Source of the DNA: Mycobacterium sp.
GTDB lineage: Bacteria > Actinomycetota > Actinomycetes > Mycobacteriales > Mycobacteriaceae
Assembly (NCBI GenBank): GCA_035606475.1
Contig: DATNFI010000133.1
Location: 1-58,329, forward strand
Length of the DNA: 58,329 bases
Direction of reading: 5' to 3'
This document shows, piece by piece, positions 1 to 9,696 of this stretch. Under the pieces are notes generated by a model. The model did not search any database. It saw only the letters and a list, made by a program, of their open reading frames with translations, and was not told the origin of the DNA. A program made the position numbers and the translations under genes. Each line of letters starts with the position of its first letter. Positions within the stretch are counted from its first letter, which is position 1.

Positions 1-956
1 CCGGTGATTGCAGCGGACACGCCTTCTGTCGCATAGTCGGCCGGAACGCTACCGAACACATCCGCAGCTGGCATCAGGTCACCGCCGTTCAGCAGCGCGA
101 AGAGGCCCACGTTGTCCGCGTTGAAGAACTCGGTCAGCGCACCGTTGAAGACGTCATAGGAGCCCGGATCGGTGCTGGGGCTGGCCGCGCCGAACACCAG
201 CTGATCGAACGTCGCGTTCAGGTTCGACGGGTCGATGGTGTCGAAGCCGACGTTGGTGCCGGGGGCCGTGTTCGGAATGATGTCGCCGAACGCGTTGGCG
301 AGCTTGCCATCGAGTTCGAACAGGTTGTTGAGCTGCACGATCTCGTTGGCTTGAGTCGGAAGGATGTCGCCAACTCCGGTCGCGTTCGGCGCGAAGATCG
401 CGTCGTATCCCTTCAGGTCTCCCAACCCGAAGTTCAAGAAGTACTGGTAAGCGCTGGATACGGTGGCGTCGTCTCCACTCACCGCGTTGCCGATCGTGGT
501 TGCCGAGCCGAGGTAGTCGCCGACGTTGGTGTCCAAGTTGCCGCCGTTAGCCGCGGCGAACGCCAACACGTTGTAGGCGTTGTAAAGCTCCGTCGATGCG
601 CCGTTGAACTCGTTGTAGGGCCCGCTGTCAGTCGAGATGCCCGCCAAGATCGGGTTGGCCCCGTACAGGTAGGTCTCGAGCGGAGTGACCTCGCCGTAGG
701 TGGCGGTACCGGCAACCAGGTGCGGGGCGTCGGTCGACAGGTTCGTCAAGGAAACGTACGGGTCGGCCGCGGAGGCCGGCGTGGTGTCGGCACCGGCGAG
801 GGTTGCGTAGACCTCGAAGAGTGAGTTCTGTGAGTTGATCTCGTTGCTGAGGGTGCTGTCGACGACGTCGCTCAGGTCCGCCTGTGCCAGCGGTGCGAAC
901 GCCAGCGCTGCGCCGCACGCAAAGCCGGCGGCTGCGGCGATTTTGCGAATGTACAT
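1..956 (-). CDS. Secreted acidic protein with a duplicated ~150-165 aa domain (3' end runs off the window)
   Basis: Translated by hand; absent from the ORF track because it has no stop in the window. ATG at 956 after SD GGAAAGG; signal peptide MYIRKIAAAAGFACGAALAFAPLAQA|D; open frame to position 1. Confidence 0.85.
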   Translation of the reverse strand, partial: MYIRKIAAAAGFACGAALAFAPLAQADLSDVVDSTLSNEINSQNSLFEVYATLAGADTTPASAADPYVSLTNLSTDAPHLVAGTATYGEVTPLETYLYGANPILAGISTDSGPYNEFNGASTELYNAYNVLAFAAANGGNLDTNVGDYLGSATTIGNAVSGDDATVSSAYQYFLNFGLGDLKGYDAIFAPNATGVGDILPTQANEIVQLNNLFELDGKLANAFGDIIPNTAPGTNVGFDTIDPSNLNATFDQLVFGAASPSTDPGSYDVFNGALTEFFNADNVGLFALLNGGDLMPAADVFGSVPADYATEGVSAAIT

Positions 957-1224
957 TATTGCCTTTCCAAAATTCCTGCCGACGGTCCGGGCTGTTCCGC
1001 CGGAGGCCCCCACGCCTCCCCTGGGTGAAAACCTGAGAAGAACATAACAACTTCGTGTGCGAAGCGGAAATCTTTCCCCGAGAAAGTTTCAAGGTTCAAC
1101 CGTTCGTACTACGGGCGAGGCGGGTTCACTGTTTCAAGCCAACACGCAGGCCATATATGTGCCGAGGTGCTGGCTCTGCGGCGCCCACTCGTCCCACGCT
1201 TGGGGTGCCGACGCGGATGGCTTT

Positions 1225-1288
1225 ATGAGCCGCAAACTGAGAAAAGACTGGGGACTCGGTTGAGATTAGCTGAGAATTAGGGATGAGA
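1225..1288. promoter_or_regulatory. Array of CTGAGA-like direct repeats (OmpR/PhoB-family, MprA/PhoP-like boxes) in a divergent intergenic region
   Basis: atgagc 1225, ctgaga 1237, ctgggg 1248, ttgaga 1260, ctgaga 1270, atgaga 1283; spacing 10-13 bp. Confidence 0.35.
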
Positions 1289-1403
1289 CGATGTGTTGAG
1301 GCGTCCAGCCCGAAGACAGCCCCGGATCTTGCCTCTTGGCATCGTCAGCAGGACGAACGCGACGCTTCGCTAACGACTGAGCCGCTCGCCTATGCTGGCG
1401 AAG

Positions 1404-1982
1404 GTGGCGTCAGGGTGGAGGACGTTCCAGCGGCTGGCCGAGAATCTGGTGTTCAGCGAGGCACCCAAGCTGATCCGTCAGCTGCAGCAGTCACCAACCG
1501 TCCAGCGCAGCATCAAGATCGGCCTGGACGTGCTCGCAGGCACCGCGTCCGAATCGCCGGTCGAGATCACCACCGGTCGCCCGGTGACCAGGAACAGTGC
1601 GCCCACTGCGCATCGGGCCCGCAGGATCGTCTACTCCCCCGACCTCGACGGTCGCGCCGATCCCGGCGAGGTCGTGTGGACATGGGTGACGTACGAAGAA
1701 GACCCGACCCGCGGCAAGGATCGCCCGGTGCTGGTCGTCGGTCGCGATCACACCACGCTGCTCGGTTTGATGATGTCGAGCCAGGAACGCCATGCCACCG
1801 ACCGCTGCTGGGTGGGCATCGGCAGCGGCAACTGGGACGGCGAGGGCCGGCCCAGTTGGGTACGCCTGGATCGTGTGCTTGACGTCCCCGAGGAGAGCAT
1901 CCGGCGCGAGGGCGCGATTCTGGACCGCACGATGTTCGATCAGGTCGCAGCGCGCCTGCGCCGCGACTACTCCTGGAGTTGA
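1404..1982 (+). CDS. PemK/MazF-fold protein (Rv2405-like)
   Basis: PGEVVWTWV..EED...GKDRPVLVVG motif and synteny; probable leaderless GTG at 1404 after TATGCT (1391-1396); alternative ATG 1392. Confidence 0.75.
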   Translation: MASGWRTFQRLAENLVFSEAPKLIRQLQQSPTVQRSIKIGLDVLAGTASESPVEITTGRPVTRNSAPTAHRARRIVYSPDLDGRADPGEVVWTWVTYEEDPTRGKDRPVLVVGRDHTTLLGLMMSSQERHATDRCWVGIGSGNWDGEGRPSWVRLDRVLDVPEESIRREGAILDRTMFDQVAARLRRDYSWS

Positions 1983-1983
1983 G

Positions 1984-2412
1984 CTATCCCTGCGTGATGT
2001 AGGACTGCAGCTGCTCGTGCTCGCTTTCCAGCTCTTCCATTCGCGTCTTCACGACGTCGCCGATGCTGACGATGCCGATTAGCTTGCCGTCCTCGAGCAC
2101 CGGCACGTGCCGCACCCGGTGCTCGGTCATCAGCAACGTGAGACTGTCGACGGTGTCGGATTTGCTACAGGTCGAGATCATGGACGTCATGATCTTCTCG
2201 ACCGGCTGGGACAGCAGCGACGCTCCATGGGCGTGCAGCTGGCGCACCACGTCACGCTCGGAGACGATGCCTTTGAGGCCATCGGGCCCGGCTACCACCA
2301 TCGCGCCGATGTTGTGCTCGGCGAGCCCGGCGAGCAACTCAGCGACCGTCGCCTCAGGGTTGATCGTCACCACCGCGCCGCCTTTGGCACGCAACACATC
2401 TGCTATCCGCAT
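1984..2412 (-). CDS. CBS-domain pair protein (Rv2406c-like)
   Basis: GIVSERDVV and RHVPV..GIVSIGDVVK CBS motifs; SD GGGAG. Confidence 0.92.
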   Translation of the reverse strand: MRIADVLRAKGGAVVTINPEATVAELLAGLAEHNIGAMVVAGPDGLKGIVSERDVVRQLHAHGASLLSQPVEKIMTSMISTCSKSDTVDSLTLLMTEHRVRHVPVLEDGKLIGIVSIGDVVKTRMEELESEHEQLQSYITQG

Positions 2413-2507
2413 CGAGTCTCCCGTCGAGTGTGATCAGGTTCACATCCAGGCTACGACGAGATCGGCCGACGTGTAAGTAGCTGGACGAAATGGGGAAAAC
2501 AGCCAGG

Positions 2508-3173
2508 TCAGACTTGCGCAGCCGGGTCGTCGCGGCGTGTCGGCAGCTGACCGCCGGCCACCCACAGCCACGCGAGTGCCGCCACCCGGGCCACCGGCAA
2601 TATCGGTCCAACCGCGGTCCAGGCCAGCACCAGCATCGTCACCTCGCAGAGCGTGGCGATCACGATCCCCGTCCACGCGGTGGCTCGTGGTAACAGCCCA
2701 CCGGTCGCCATGCCCGCGATGAGAATGCCGAGCGCCACCACGTGCCCCGGGCCGCCAATCAGGAAGGTGAGCAGATACAGCGCCCGTACCAACGAGGTCT
2801 CGCCGGCGATCTCCGGGCGTGACATCATCCAGCCCAGCAACCCGGTCAGAGCCAGGCCGCCAGCCGCCAACGTCCCTCCGACCAAAGCGACCGTCGGCCC
2901 CGCGCCGCTGACGCCAAGCCAGCGCAGCCGCGAACTGACCGTCGCGGTGTAAATCGCAAGCAGCACTGACGATCCGAACACCGCGACCGCCATGATGTGC
3001 AGCGCCAACGACTGGGTCAGCACGTAGTGCTGGATTGCGGTGGTCGACCCGTAGGGCAACGGCATGATGCCCCCGATCGCGACCCCGACGCCCAGACCGC
3101 CGAACAGCAGGGCAATCGACAGCCCGGCGAGTAGTGCCGGCGATGGGCCGTCGTGGCGCCGCGATTCCGTCAT
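2508..3173 (-). CDS. Multi-pass membrane protein (DUF4386-like)
   Basis: 221 aa with about six hydrophobic segments; TATCGT 6 nt upstream of the ATG. Confidence 0.7.
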   Translation of the reverse strand: MTESRRHDGPSPALLAGLSIALLFGGLGVGVAIGGIMPLPYGSTTAIQHYVLTQSLALHIMAVAVFGSSVLLAIYTATVSSRLRWLGVSGAGPTVALVGGTLAAGGLALTGLLGWMMSRPEIAGETSLVRALYLLTFLIGGPGHVVALGILIAGMATGGLLPRATAWTGIVIATLCEVTMLVLAWTAVGPILPVARVAALAWLWVAGGQLPTRRDDPAAQV

Positions 3174-3195
3174 GTCGGAACGATAGAACGAAACA

Positions 3196-4035
3196 CTATG
3201 CCAATCGCGTGATTTCGACGACGACGTCGAGATCGGTGGCGCCCTGTCCGGAGTAGATGCCTTTCAGCGGCGACACATCGGCGTAGTCACGCCCGACCCC
3301 GACCGTCACGTACTGCTCGGTGATCTCGCTGTCGATGGTGGGGTCGTGATCCCACCACGCTCCGGTCCAGGCTTGGATCCAGGCGTGACTCTGGCCGTCG
3401 ACGGTCTCACCGACCGCGGCTTTAGCATGGGGATGATGGTATCCGGAGACATAGCGCGCGGGAATTCCCATGCTGCGCAACACCATCAGCGATAGATGAA
3501 CGAAGTCTTGACAGACACCTTTGCCCTCGCGCAATGCATCCAGACCCGACGAGTGCACGCTGGTGCTGCCCTTGACGTAGTCCAGTTGGCTGCGTACCCA
3601 CTCGGCCGCGGCGAGGACGGCATCGGCAGGATCGTGTTCTTTGGCGATCTTCTTCCCCACGGACGCAATACGTTTGCTCGCCGGCGTGTGGTCGGTCGGA
3701 GTCAGCACCTCGTCGTAGCGGTCAACAACGGACTCGTTCTGCAATTCCGACCAGGTGAGCTCTTTGACCGGCGGGTCGGGCTTCTCGGTCTCGACCACCG
3801 ACGCCGACGTCACAGTGAGCTCGGTGTGCGGGGCGTGCAGGTCGAATGCCGTCACCGCCGTGCCCCAGTAGTCGACGTAGCGATACGACCTTGTCGCCGG
3901 CACGGTTTCGACGCGGTTGAGGACGACGTTCTGCCGGGAATCCGATCTCGGCGTGAGCCTGGCTTCGTTGTAGGACGCCGTCGCCGGCGAGGGGTACGCA
4001 TAGCCGGTCGCGTGCAGCACGCGCAGGCGCCACAT
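3196..4035 (-). CDS. Transglutaminase-like protein (Rv2409c-like)
   Basis: GVCQDF / SHAW / DPT catalytic triad motifs; ATG 4035 overlaps the upstream stop (TGATG). Confidence 0.92.
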   Translation of the reverse strand: MWRLRVLHATGYAYPSPATASYNEARLTPRSDSRQNVVLNRVETVPATRSYRYVDYWGTAVTAFDLHAPHTELTVTSASVVETEKPDPPVKELTWSELQNESVVDRYDEVLTPTDHTPASKRIASVGKKIAKEHDPADAVLAAAEWVRSQLDYVKGSTSVHSSGLDALREGKGVCQDFVHLSLMVLRSMGIPARYVSGYHHPHAKAAVGETVDGQSHAWIQAWTGAWWDHDPTIDSEITEQYVTVGVGRDYADVSPLKGIYSGQGATDLDVVVEITRLA

Positions 4036-5015
4036 CAGTTCTTCCCCTGCTTCGTCGGTAACGGCTCGCGTCGGCCGGCATCGGTCCAGGCAACCCAGGG
4101 AACGGCGTGAAAATACTGCACCGCCAACGCTTCTCCCACGTCGAAACACGACTTCTGCAACCCGGCCAGCCGCATTTCCAGGGACTCCAGGAGCACACCC
4201 GGCCGGACGAATTCGAGTTCGCTACGGGCCCGCCCCAGCAGGCGCTGCGCCTCGGAAATGGTGCCACGATTGCCATGCGAGTTGCGCATCAGCTCGTCCA
4301 GATGGTGCTCCGCCATCTTCAGCGAGTAGAAGATCGACCGCGGGAACCGCCGGTCGAGCAGAATGAACTCGACCACCCGGTTCGCGTCCAGCACACCGCG
4401 GTACGTCCGCAGATAGGTGTCATGGCCACCTGCGGAACGCAGCACAGTCACCCACGCCGGCGAGGCCGCGCTGTCGCCCACCCTCGACAGCACCATCCGG
4501 ACCGTCATGTCGACCCGCTCAATAGCGCGACCCAGCATCATGAAGCGGTAACCGTCATCGCGGGACAACGTCGAGTCGGCCAGGCCGGCGAACATCGCCG
4601 CTCGGCCCTCGATGAATGACAGGAACTCATGCGGCCCAAGACGTTTGGCGACACGCATCCGTTCACCCATCGCGTTGTACGTGGTGTTCAGGCACTCCCA
4701 GGTCTCGGTGGAGGTCACCTCCCGAGCCGACCTCGCGTTCTCGCGCGCGGCCGTGATGGCGTCGACGATCGAACTACCACCGCCCAACGTGTGACGCCGG
4801 AATGCCACCACGTCAGTCAACGACCACAAGTTGAGCTCGTTGTCCGGCTCTTCAATTCCCAAGACCTGCAACAACACTCGTGATGTGTGGTCGGGGTCGA
4901 CGCTGGAATCCTCCAGTAACTGGTGCAGGGTGACGTCGAGGATGCGCGCAGTGTCGTCAGCACGCTCGACATAACGACCGATCCAGTACAGCGCTTCTGC
5001 GTTGCGCGCGAGCAT
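4035..5015 (-). CDS. Alpha-E domain protein (Rv2410c-like)
   Basis: [19 protein letters not shown] and GRAIERVD ER motifs; TGATG coupling at both ends. Confidence 0.92.
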   Translation of the reverse strand: MLARNAEALYWIGRYVERADDTARILDVTLHQLLEDSSVDPDHTSRVLLQVLGIEEPDNELNLWSLTDVVAFRRHTLGGGSSIVDAITAARENARSAREVTSTETWECLNTTYNAMGERMRVAKRLGPHEFLSFIEGRAAMFAGLADSTLSRDDGYRFMMLGRAIERVDMTVRMVLSRVGDSAASPAWVTVLRSAGGHDTYLRTYRGVLDANRVVEFILLDRRFPRSIFYSLKMAEHHLDELMRNSHGNRGTISEAQRLLGRARSELEFVRPGVLLESLEMRLAGLQKSCFDVGEALAVQYFHAVPWVAWTDAGRREPLPTKQGKN

Positions 5016-6730
5016 CAGCGAACCACCGCCTGCTGTTGTTGTTGGTGCTGGCCCGACTTCTTTTGCCGACCGGCTCTCATCTGCGACTGCTTCTGGGTCT
5101 GAGCCTGAGTCTGAGCCGGTTTCTCGGCCGCTTCCTCGTCTGCCGCAGTAGCCGGTGCCGGCAAGACCTTGACCACCTCGGCGGCGCCCAGCTCGTGGTC
5201 ATCGCCCGAGGCCCGCGAGGCCAACACCCAGGTGTCCTTCGACCCACCGCCCTGGCTGGAGTTGACCACCCGGGATCCTTCGACCAGTGCGACCCGGGTC
5301 AGTCCGCCGGGAAGGGTCCAGATGTCGTCACCGTCGTTGACGATGAACGGCCGCAGGTCGACGTAGCGCGGGGTGAGCGTGTCACCGATCTGCGTCGGCA
5401 CCGTCGACAACTGCATCATCGGCTGGGCGATCCAGCCCCGCGGGTCGTCGCGGATGCTTTTGCTGATCGCGTCCAGTTCCTTGTTTGACGCCTCCGGGCC
5501 GAAGACGATGCCGTAGCCACCTGAGCCCTCCACCGGCTTGATCACCAACTCGGCGACCCGCTCGAGCACCTCCTCGCGCTCGTCGTCCAGCCAACACCGG
5601 TAGGTGTCGACGTTGGCCAGCAACGGCTTTTCGCCCAGGTAGTACTCAATAATGGTCGGGAGATAGGTGTAGACGAGTTTGTCGTCGGCAACCCCGTTGC
5701 CCACGGCGCTGGAAATCACCACGTTGCCCGCCCGCGCGGCGTTGAGCAGGCCGGCGACTCCCAACACCGAATCGGGCTTGAACTGCATCGGGTCCAAGAA
5801 GATGTCGTCGATACGCCGGTAGATGACGTCGACCTGCTGCTCCCCTTCTGTGGTGCGCATGTAGACCTGGTTGTCGCGACAGAACAGGTCGCGGCCTTCG
5901 ACCAGCTCGACACCCATCTGGCGGGCCAGCAGCGAATGCTCGAAGTACGCCGAGTTGTAGACGCCCGGCGTGAGCACCACGATCGTCGGGTCGGCCTCGT
6001 TGGTGGCGGCGCAATTGCGCAGGGCGCGCAACAGATGCGAGGCGTAGTCGTCGACGGCCCGGACCCGGTGGCTGGCGAAGAGATTCGGAAAGACTCGCGC
6101 CATGGTTCGGCGGTTCTCCATGACATAGGAGACACCGGACGGCGATCGCAGGTTGTCCTCCAGGACCCGCCAGGTGCCCTTCTCATCCTTGATCAAGTCG
6201 ATGCCGGCGACGTGGATGCGCACACCGTTGGGCGGCATGATGCCGACGGCCTCGCGGTGGAAGTGCTCACACGAGGTGATCAACCGACGCGGGATCACGC
6301 CGTCGCGCAGGATCTCCTGGTCGCCGTAGATGTCGTCGAGAAAGGCCTCGAGCGCCTTGACGCGCTGGACGAGACCGCGCTCCAGCTTTGTCCATTCCGC
6401 GGCAGAGATGACACGCGGTACCTGATCCAGGGGAAACGGTCGCTCTTGACCGGAGAGCGAGAAGGTAATGCCTTGGTCGACGAACGCCCGGCTCAGCGCC
6501 TCGGCGCGGTCGTCGAGATCATCGGCGCTCGACGGCGCCAGCTCTCGGTAGATGGCTTTGTACGGACCCCGCACGTTGCCTTGACTGTCGAACATCTCGT
6601 CGAACGCGTCGGAGTAGCCGTTGGTCGCGTTATAGCCGTCAAAGATGTGCTCGTAGTTCTTCGACTTGCTCTGTTTTTGCCGCTTGGTCTCAGCGGGAAC
6701 GGATCGACTGGCCACCTTGTCATGCTGCAT
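5015..6730 (-). CDS. Circularly permuted type 2 ATP-grasp protein (Rv2411c-like) with Gln-rich tail
   Basis: [38 protein letters not shown]; start uncertain (6730 or GTG 6715). Confidence 0.92.
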   Translation of the reverse strand: MQHDKVASRSVPAETKRQKQSKSKNYEHIFDGYNATNGYSDAFDEMFDSQGNVRGPYKAIYRELAPSSADDLDDRAEALSRAFVDQGITFSLSGQERPFPLDQVPRVISAAEWTKLERGLVQRVKALEAFLDDIYGDQEILRDGVIPRRLITSCEHFHREAVGIMPPNGVRIHVAGIDLIKDEKGTWRVLEDNLRSPSGVSYVMENRRTMARVFPNLFASHRVRAVDDYASHLLRALRNCAATNEADPTIVVLTPGVYNSAYFEHSLLARQMGVELVEGRDLFCRDNQVYMRTTEGEQQVDVIYRRIDDIFLDPMQFKPDSVLGVAGLLNAARAGNVVISSAVGNGVADDKLVYTYLPTIIEYYLGEKPLLANVDTYRCWLDDEREEVLERVAELVIKPVEGSGGYGIVFGPEASNKELDAISKSIRDDPRGWIAQPMMQLSTVPTQIGDTLTPRYVDLRPFIVNDGDDIWTLPGGLTRVALVEGSRVVNSSQGGGSKDTWVLASRASGDDHELGAAEVVKVLPAPATAADEEAAEKPAQTQAQTQKQSQMRAGRQKKSGQHQQQQQAVVR

Positions 6731-6874
6731 CAGATCGTGCGGCTCCGCAGGGTAGCTGCTTCGCTTTGGGGGAATGCGTGGCGGACTGATACCCTGAGCA
6801 GTCGCCGCTCAAGCGTCAATACGCTCCGGCAAACCGTGACACCCAAGCCGCTGATATTTGAAGAGGAATTACGC

Positions 6875-7141
6875 GTGGCCAACATCAAGTCGCAGCAAAA
6901 GCGCAACCGCACCAACGAGCGCGCCAGACTGCGCAACAAGTCGGTGAAGTCGTCGCTTCGCACGGCTGTCCGAGCGTTCCGCGAGGCCGCCGAGGCCGGC
7001 GAGAAGGACAAGGCCACCGAACTGCTGGTCTCGACGAGCCGCAAGCTCGACAAGGCCGCCAGCAAGGGCGTCATCCACAAGAACCAGGCCGCGAACAAGA
7101 AGTCCGCGCTCGCCCACGCGTTGCACAAGCTCAGCAGCTAG
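6875..7141 (+). CDS. rpsT: 30S ribosomal protein S20
   Basis: GTG 6875 after SD GAGG; [20 protein letters not shown]...[14 protein letters not shown]. Confidence 0.98.
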   Translation: MANIKSQQKRNRTNERARLRNKSVKSSLRTAVRAFREAAEAGEKDKATELLVSTSRKLDKAASKGVIHKNQAANKKSALAHALHKLSS

Positions 7142-7156
7142 TCCGCTTTCCACGGC

Positions 7157-8119
7157 TTACTCGGCGACGAGTTCCGCTACCTTTCGCACCGCCGCCTCCA
7201 AGGCATAGTCCGCGTCGGCGGCCGCGCCTTTCACGTCGGCGTTCAGCGCCGCCACCAGCCGCATCGCGGTAGCCACCGAATCACGCGACCAGCGCCGGGC
7301 CTGCTTCTGGGCCTTCTGCACCCGCCAAGGCGGCATCCCCAGTTCTGACGCCAGCCGGTAGGGGTCGCCGGACAGCGACCCGACCCGCCCGATGCTGTGG
7401 ACGGCCTCGGCCAATGCGTCGGCCAACACCACATGCGGTTCGCCGCGCATCATCGCCCAGCGCAGCGCCTCGACCGCGCCCTCGACGTCACCAACCACGG
7501 CCTTGTCGGCGATATCAAACCCCTTGACCTCGGCCTTGCCGTGGTGATAGCGCCGCACCGCCGCGACGTCCACGTGTCCGCCGGTATCGGCGACCAATTG
7601 CGAACAGGCCGAAGCCAATTCGCGGATATCGTGGCCGACGGCGTCGAGTAGCGCTGTGAGCGTGTCATCGTCGACCTTGAGCTTCAGCGCGCGAAACTCC
7701 TTGCGCACGAAGTCCAACCGCTCGCCGGCCTTGGTGATCCGCGCGCACGGATGCACCTGGGCGCCCAGCTTCTGCAGCTGATTGGCCAGGGCTTTGGCCC
7801 GCCCGCCGCCGGAGTGCACGACGACCAGCTCGGTGCCCGCCGGCACGTCGGCCGCGGCTTTGGCGATCAACTCGGCGGCTTCCTTGCCGGCCTCACCGGC
7901 GGCCTCCAGGACGACGACCCGCTCGTCGGCGAACAGCGACGGGCTGAGCAGCTCGGCCAGTTCATAGACGCCGACGTCGCCGGCCCGCACCCGGTCGACC
8001 GGAACGTCGTCGGTGCCTGCGCGCGTGCGGGCCGACCGCAGCACGTCTGCGACAGCACGCTCGACCAACAGCTCCTCATCCCCGAGTACGAGGTGTACTG
8101 CCGAATCCTGCTGGCTCAC
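7157..8119 (-). CDS. holA: DNA polymerase III delta subunit
   Basis: [28 protein letters not shown]; comEC-holA-rpsT synteny. Confidence 0.93.
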   Translation of the reverse strand: MSQQDSAVHLVLGDEELLVERAVADVLRSARTRAGTDDVPVDRVRAGDVGVYELAELLSPSLFADERVVVLEAAGEAGKEAAELIAKAAADVPAGTELVVVHSGGGRAKALANQLQKLGAQVHPCARITKAGERLDFVRKEFRALKLKVDDDTLTALLDAVGHDIRELASACSQLVADTGGHVDVAAVRRYHHGKAEVKGFDIADKAVVGDVEGAVEALRWAMMRGEPHVVLADALAEAVHSIGRVGSLSGDPYRLASELGMPPWRVQKAQKQARRWSRDSVATAMRLVAALNADVKGAAADADYALEAAVRKVAELVAE

Positions 8120-8131
8120 CGGTTGATCGTG

Positions 8132-9691
8132 TCACGCCGGGCCGACAGGTCCGCCGACCCCTGCCAGCAGACCGGACAGCGACCAGGCGAGCAGCGCGCA
8201 GGCGGCCAACGCCAGGCCCGCCCGAAACCACCGCCACCGCCACAGCAGCACCGCGAGCAGTCCCACGGCGCCGACGCCCAGCACACCGGACAACCCTGAC
8301 GGCACCGGCACACTCGCGCCGGGCACACTCGCCGACCAGTGCGCGATCCGCAGCAGCCACCACACTTCCGGGCCGGTGAACCGGATGAGCAGCTGCGCGC
8401 CCGCCGGCCAGCACAGGCACAACGCCGCAGCGGCACTTCCCAGCACCGTGATCGGCGCGACCAACGCCGCGACCGCGAGATTGGCCGCCGCTGACACCAG
8501 GCTGACCCGACCCGAGATGCCGGCGATCAGCGGTGCCGTCACCAACTGCGCCGCGCAGGCCACGCAGACGGCGTCCGCCAGCGGCTTGGGCCAGCCCGCT
8601 GCGACCAGACGCCTCGACCAGATCGGCGCAATGACCACCAGCGCCGCCGTGGCCACCACCGACAACGCCAGGCCCACGTCCACGGCCAACTGCGGCGCGA
8701 CGACCATCAACACCAGCACCGTGGCGGCCAGCGCCGGGATCGCTTGCCGGCGCCGCGACGACAGCACACCCACCAGCGCGATCGCGCCCATCACCGCCGC
8801 CCGCAACACACTGGCGGAGGGCTGCACCACGATGACGAAGAGCACCAGCGCGACGCCGGCCAGACCGACCGCGGCCCGCGGGCCGATCAGTCGCGCCGAA
8901 AACAGCACCGCCCCGCACACGATCGTGACGTTGGCGCCAGACACTGCGGTCAGGTGTGTCAGCCCGGCGGTGCGGAACTCCATGTTGGTGATCGGGCCGA
9001 CCGTCGACATGTCGCCGAGCACCAGTGCGGGCAGCATCGCGGCCTGGTCGGCGGGCAGCACCCGACGGGCCGTGTCCGCGAATCGCGCACGGACGGCATC
9101 CGCGGCCCGATTCAGCGGCCCGGCACGACCCAGCGTCGGCGCACCGATCGCGGTGACCACCGCCACCGTCAGGTCGCGACGAGTCGGCGCCGTGACGCGG
9201 GCGCGAAAGCGCATGGGCTGACCGACCATCACCGCGCCGAAATCTCGCGCGGGCGCGAAAACCACTGCGCGGCCTGATATCTCGTCGCGTTCAAGCTGGC
9301 GTAGTTTGGCGCGGAACAGCAGATGACCGCGACCTACCGCCCGCGCGCTTTCGACGGGCGTGACCGCCAGCTCGACGGTGGTCCCGAATGCCGTGGTGAT
9401 CGGGTGGTGCGCGACCGCGTTGACCCGCAACGAGACCGCGAATCCGAAGCCCGCCCCGACGACACCCGCGGCGGCCAGCCCGATACCGATGGCCCGCATC
9501 GTTGGCCGGTCGGGACCGAAGCGGCACAGCAGCGCGCCCGCCGCGCCCGCGACCAGGCAGAGCCCTCCGGTGACCATGCCGATCGGCCAGATGATTCCGG
9601 TGGCGGTCACGACCCAACTGGTCAGCGCGGCCGGCACCAGTCGAGCGTCCAGCCGCGCCGCAGTCGGGTCGGCGATGGCTGCTTGCGGCAC
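8132..9691 (-). CDS. comEC: ComEC/Rec2 competence membrane protein (no C-terminal metallo-beta-lactamase domain)
   Basis: GLTHLTAVSGAN and PSASVLRAAVM motifs; many TM helices. Confidence 0.9.
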   Translation of the reverse strand: MPQAAIADPTAARLDARLVPAALTSWVVTATGIIWPIGMVTGGLCLVAGAAGALLCRFGPDRPTMRAIGIGLAAAGVVGAGFGFAVSLRVNAVAHHPITTAFGTTVELAVTPVESARAVGRGHLLFRAKLRQLERDEISGRAVVFAPARDFGAVMVGQPMRFRARVTAPTRRDLTVAVVTAIGAPTLGRAGPLNRAADAVRARFADTARRVLPADQAAMLPALVLGDMSTVGPITNMEFRTAGLTHLTAVSGANVTIVCGAVLFSARLIGPRAAVGLAGVALVLFVIVVQPSASVLRAAVMGAIALVGVLSSRRRQAIPALAATVLVLMVVAPQLAVDVGLALSVVATAALVVIAPIWSRRLVAAGWPKPLADAVCVACAAQLVTAPLIAGISGRVSLVSAAANLAVAALVAPITVLGSAAAALCLCWPAGAQLLIRFTGPEVWWLLRIAHWSASVPGASVPVPSGLSGVLGVGAVGLLAVLLWRWRWFRAGLALAACALLAWSLSGLLAGVGGPVGPA

Positions 9692-9696
9692 CGTGC

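Noticed and set aside
5936-7141. 401-aa ORF ending in S20
   Set aside because: Only 6875-7141 is rpsT (it has its own SD); the rest is antisense to the ATP-grasp gene
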